Shown here: positions 61,901 to 64,000 of the stretch, piece by piece
Layout of the letters: each line of letters starts with the position of its first letter
Numbering within the stretch: position 1 is the stretch's first letter
Source: Paraphysomonas bandaiensis
Taxonomy: Eukaryota; Protista; Chrysophyceae
NCBI GenBank assembly: GCA_965644295.1
Contig: CBFFRP010000150.1
Coordinates: 248,001-312,000 of the forward strand
Direction of reading: 5' to 3'
DNA length: 64,000 nt
Program-made: the position numbers and the translations under genes
The notes under the pieces: model-generated
What the model was told of the DNA's origin: nothing
Seen by the model: the letters and a program-made list of their open reading frames with translations, nothing else
Databases searched by the model: none

Positions 61901-64000
61901 TAGCTCTTCATGACAATCCATGGATAGTCCGAATTCACACGATCCGTTACATGTTGAATAGGTGCACTTATTCCATCACCATCAAGATTCTCTTCGCTGA
62001 GACTGGGCTGGATGGTCATTACAACCTCACCATCGTCATCATCCTCTTCCCCTTCAACCGCGACCTCTTCTACGAATGTCACCACAAAGTCCGAAAATGG
62101 CTTCATCAGTCCATACTTACGACCTAGAGAAGGGTCGGGCCTTGCCTCATCCTCATCATACGAGTCTTCCTCATCTTCAGTAGGCTCGGCATCTTGATCA
62201 ACATAAAACGTTTCAGCATAAAACTTGTGCTCCTTTTCAATAGGATCTGGAGTGGTAGGTACATTTCTAGACTCTTTGTCGGCATCTTCTGGGTCTACAT
62301 TCTCAGCAGGTGCACTTTCTCCATTATCGTCACCCGTGTCGGCGGCGTGCTCCTCGTCGTCAGCATTGTCTTCTTTGGTCTCAACAGCGGGTTCTGGTTT
62401 GGGATGCTCGAGATATTTCTTATTGAGTCGTTTATTCTGCTCATGTAATCTGGTTTGTTCATCAAGAATTCTATGTGGTGTAATCGGTTCCATTTCAAAC
62501 ATTTCACAAAGAACACCCATATGGTCTACATAGTCGTCAGCGAGGCTAATCGGATGTTTATCTGCCAGAAAACATGCCTCTCCATGGTATACGCGATAGC
62601 TTTCCAGAATTTCAGCTAGTTTGGCCAGCACCAAGTCAAAATTCTTTTGAAGGTCAGCCATATCGGCACTGCGACGAAGGGCTCGACAAGCCTCTTCAAA
62701 CTCTGCCTCTCGGTCTTCCTTCGCTAGACGGTTCTCCTCCTTGAAGTCCCAGAGCGCATCAAGAGATTGCTCGTCTAAGTCGTTTTGATGCTTCTTGTGA
62801 TCTTCCACGATTTTAGCAATTTTTATGTAGAAGGCAGTAATCTTATTCGAACTAAAAGACAGTGACCCCGTTTGTAGCTCAAGAAATGTGGCTATTGCAT
62901 CAATGAGGCGCTTGTAGCGAGAATCCAACCTATCTAATTCGTAGTCACATTCATCACGAATCACCACGTCAACGTAATCATTGCACGTACGCTGCTGTCG
63001 GACAGCATCAAGGCAACGACAACACTCCTGATATATACAAACATTACCCAGTCTAATATGATATATATATACCGGTTTACCTCTTTGTAATTGTCTGGTA
63101 TGTCTGATCCATAGTACAACATACCAAGTACTTTTGACCATTGCTTAACAAGGAGAGGGTCTGCACATGAATTTTTCTCCATTGCATCTGCTGTTGCCTG
63201 TCGCATCGATCTGGCGGTGCGCCTTGTAGACTTGGCAGTCGATATATCGGCCGGCGACTTTGTACCTAAACCTGTCTCATCATACTCCGCAAGTCGCTGT
63301 AACTCTTTTTCTATTCCCTCCGCGCAGATAGATAGATTGTTCTGAAAAACATAGGGCATCTTCTCAAAGCTACTCATTTCTTTCAAATCAGGTAGAAGGC
63401 TGGCAAGGATGCCCGCAACGTCAGCACGAGGCACAGTCTTGACTTTAGTGAGTAAAGCTCGCACGTTGTCCAGGCGAGGTAGGCGCCCGCGCTCATTTAG
63501 AACTTCCTTTAGAGTAAACCCACACACAACCACCTCCAGACGACTCTGGACACTTGCTACGAGATTCTCGTATACGATATTATCCGAACAAATATCGCTT
63601 GCAATTGAAGCGATTTCGGCCTTAAGCCCCCCTCCAAGACGCCACAGTTCGCTCAGCTCTGGATCTCCTACAGCAGTACGTAGGTTGGCGGCAATTTCAT
63701 GTAATGGTGGTTCGTCGTGTAAAGCTCCATATACGTGCAACTCCTTTCGTAGTTCTTCCATACGAGTCTCAGCAATGCCTCTGAGGTTTGCTCGTAGCTG
63801 AGACAATCCGTTGTAACATTCTTGTGTGGCATTGAGTTCCTCCTCATTGAGAGCAACAAGAGCCTGTTGAACCCGTGCCACTTCTTCGCTCTTGATCGTG
63901 TCCGCATTTAGAGCTGCCAAATCCTCCAGGGCCTTTTCCCGACATGCGTGACGCTCTAATTGATATTGCCGAACTTTGGACATAAATTGCTGTCTATCAG
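58971..64000 (-). CDS. CCDC180/CFAP76-like (DUF4455/DUF4456) ciliary coiled-coil protein, multi-exon, 5' end beyond window
   Basis: Chain of long ORFs joined by short introns; LRTHWPR, PRRRAQERLRTEM, KHERQLRPRLGSP, C-terminal E..W..RW pattern. Confidence 0.75.

Overview
Compact eukaryotic nuclear DNA with short (~45-60 nt) GT-AG introns, probably from a flagellate protist (stramenopile/chrysophyte-like; inference only). About 22 protein genes, mostly in head-to-head pairs: a JmjC oxygenase, MsrA, ribophorin I, an APC amino-acid permease, a CM1/centrosomin-like coiled-coil protein, Sec61-beta, an OLA1/YchF-like protein, an ACAP-type ArfGAP, DDX56, P5C dehydrogenase, a GT92 glycosyltransferase, an M16 core/MPP-alpha-like protein, RPS17, a CBM9-like protein, a cAMP-receptor-like GPCR, succinyl-CoA ligase beta, an SMP-30/SGL protein, an FG-GAP protein, a CCDC180-like protein and three orphans. 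Two signals are not visible in the ORF track. (1) msrA is a selenoprotein gene: an in-frame TGA at the catalytic position (CMG-U-FWG) and a 3'-UTR SECIS with an atypical apical loop. (2) A ~50-nt three-way-junction RNA motif (CUUG-type loop, GNRA loop, covarying closing stem) recurs 8 times at the start of a shared ~200-nt 3' tail of retroelement-like repeats. These repeats lie only downstream of genes, while divergent promoters instead carry (TACA)n tracts and a TACAGCAGTA motif. hAT-like MITEs and foldback elements are also present. All exon models and folds were read by eye.
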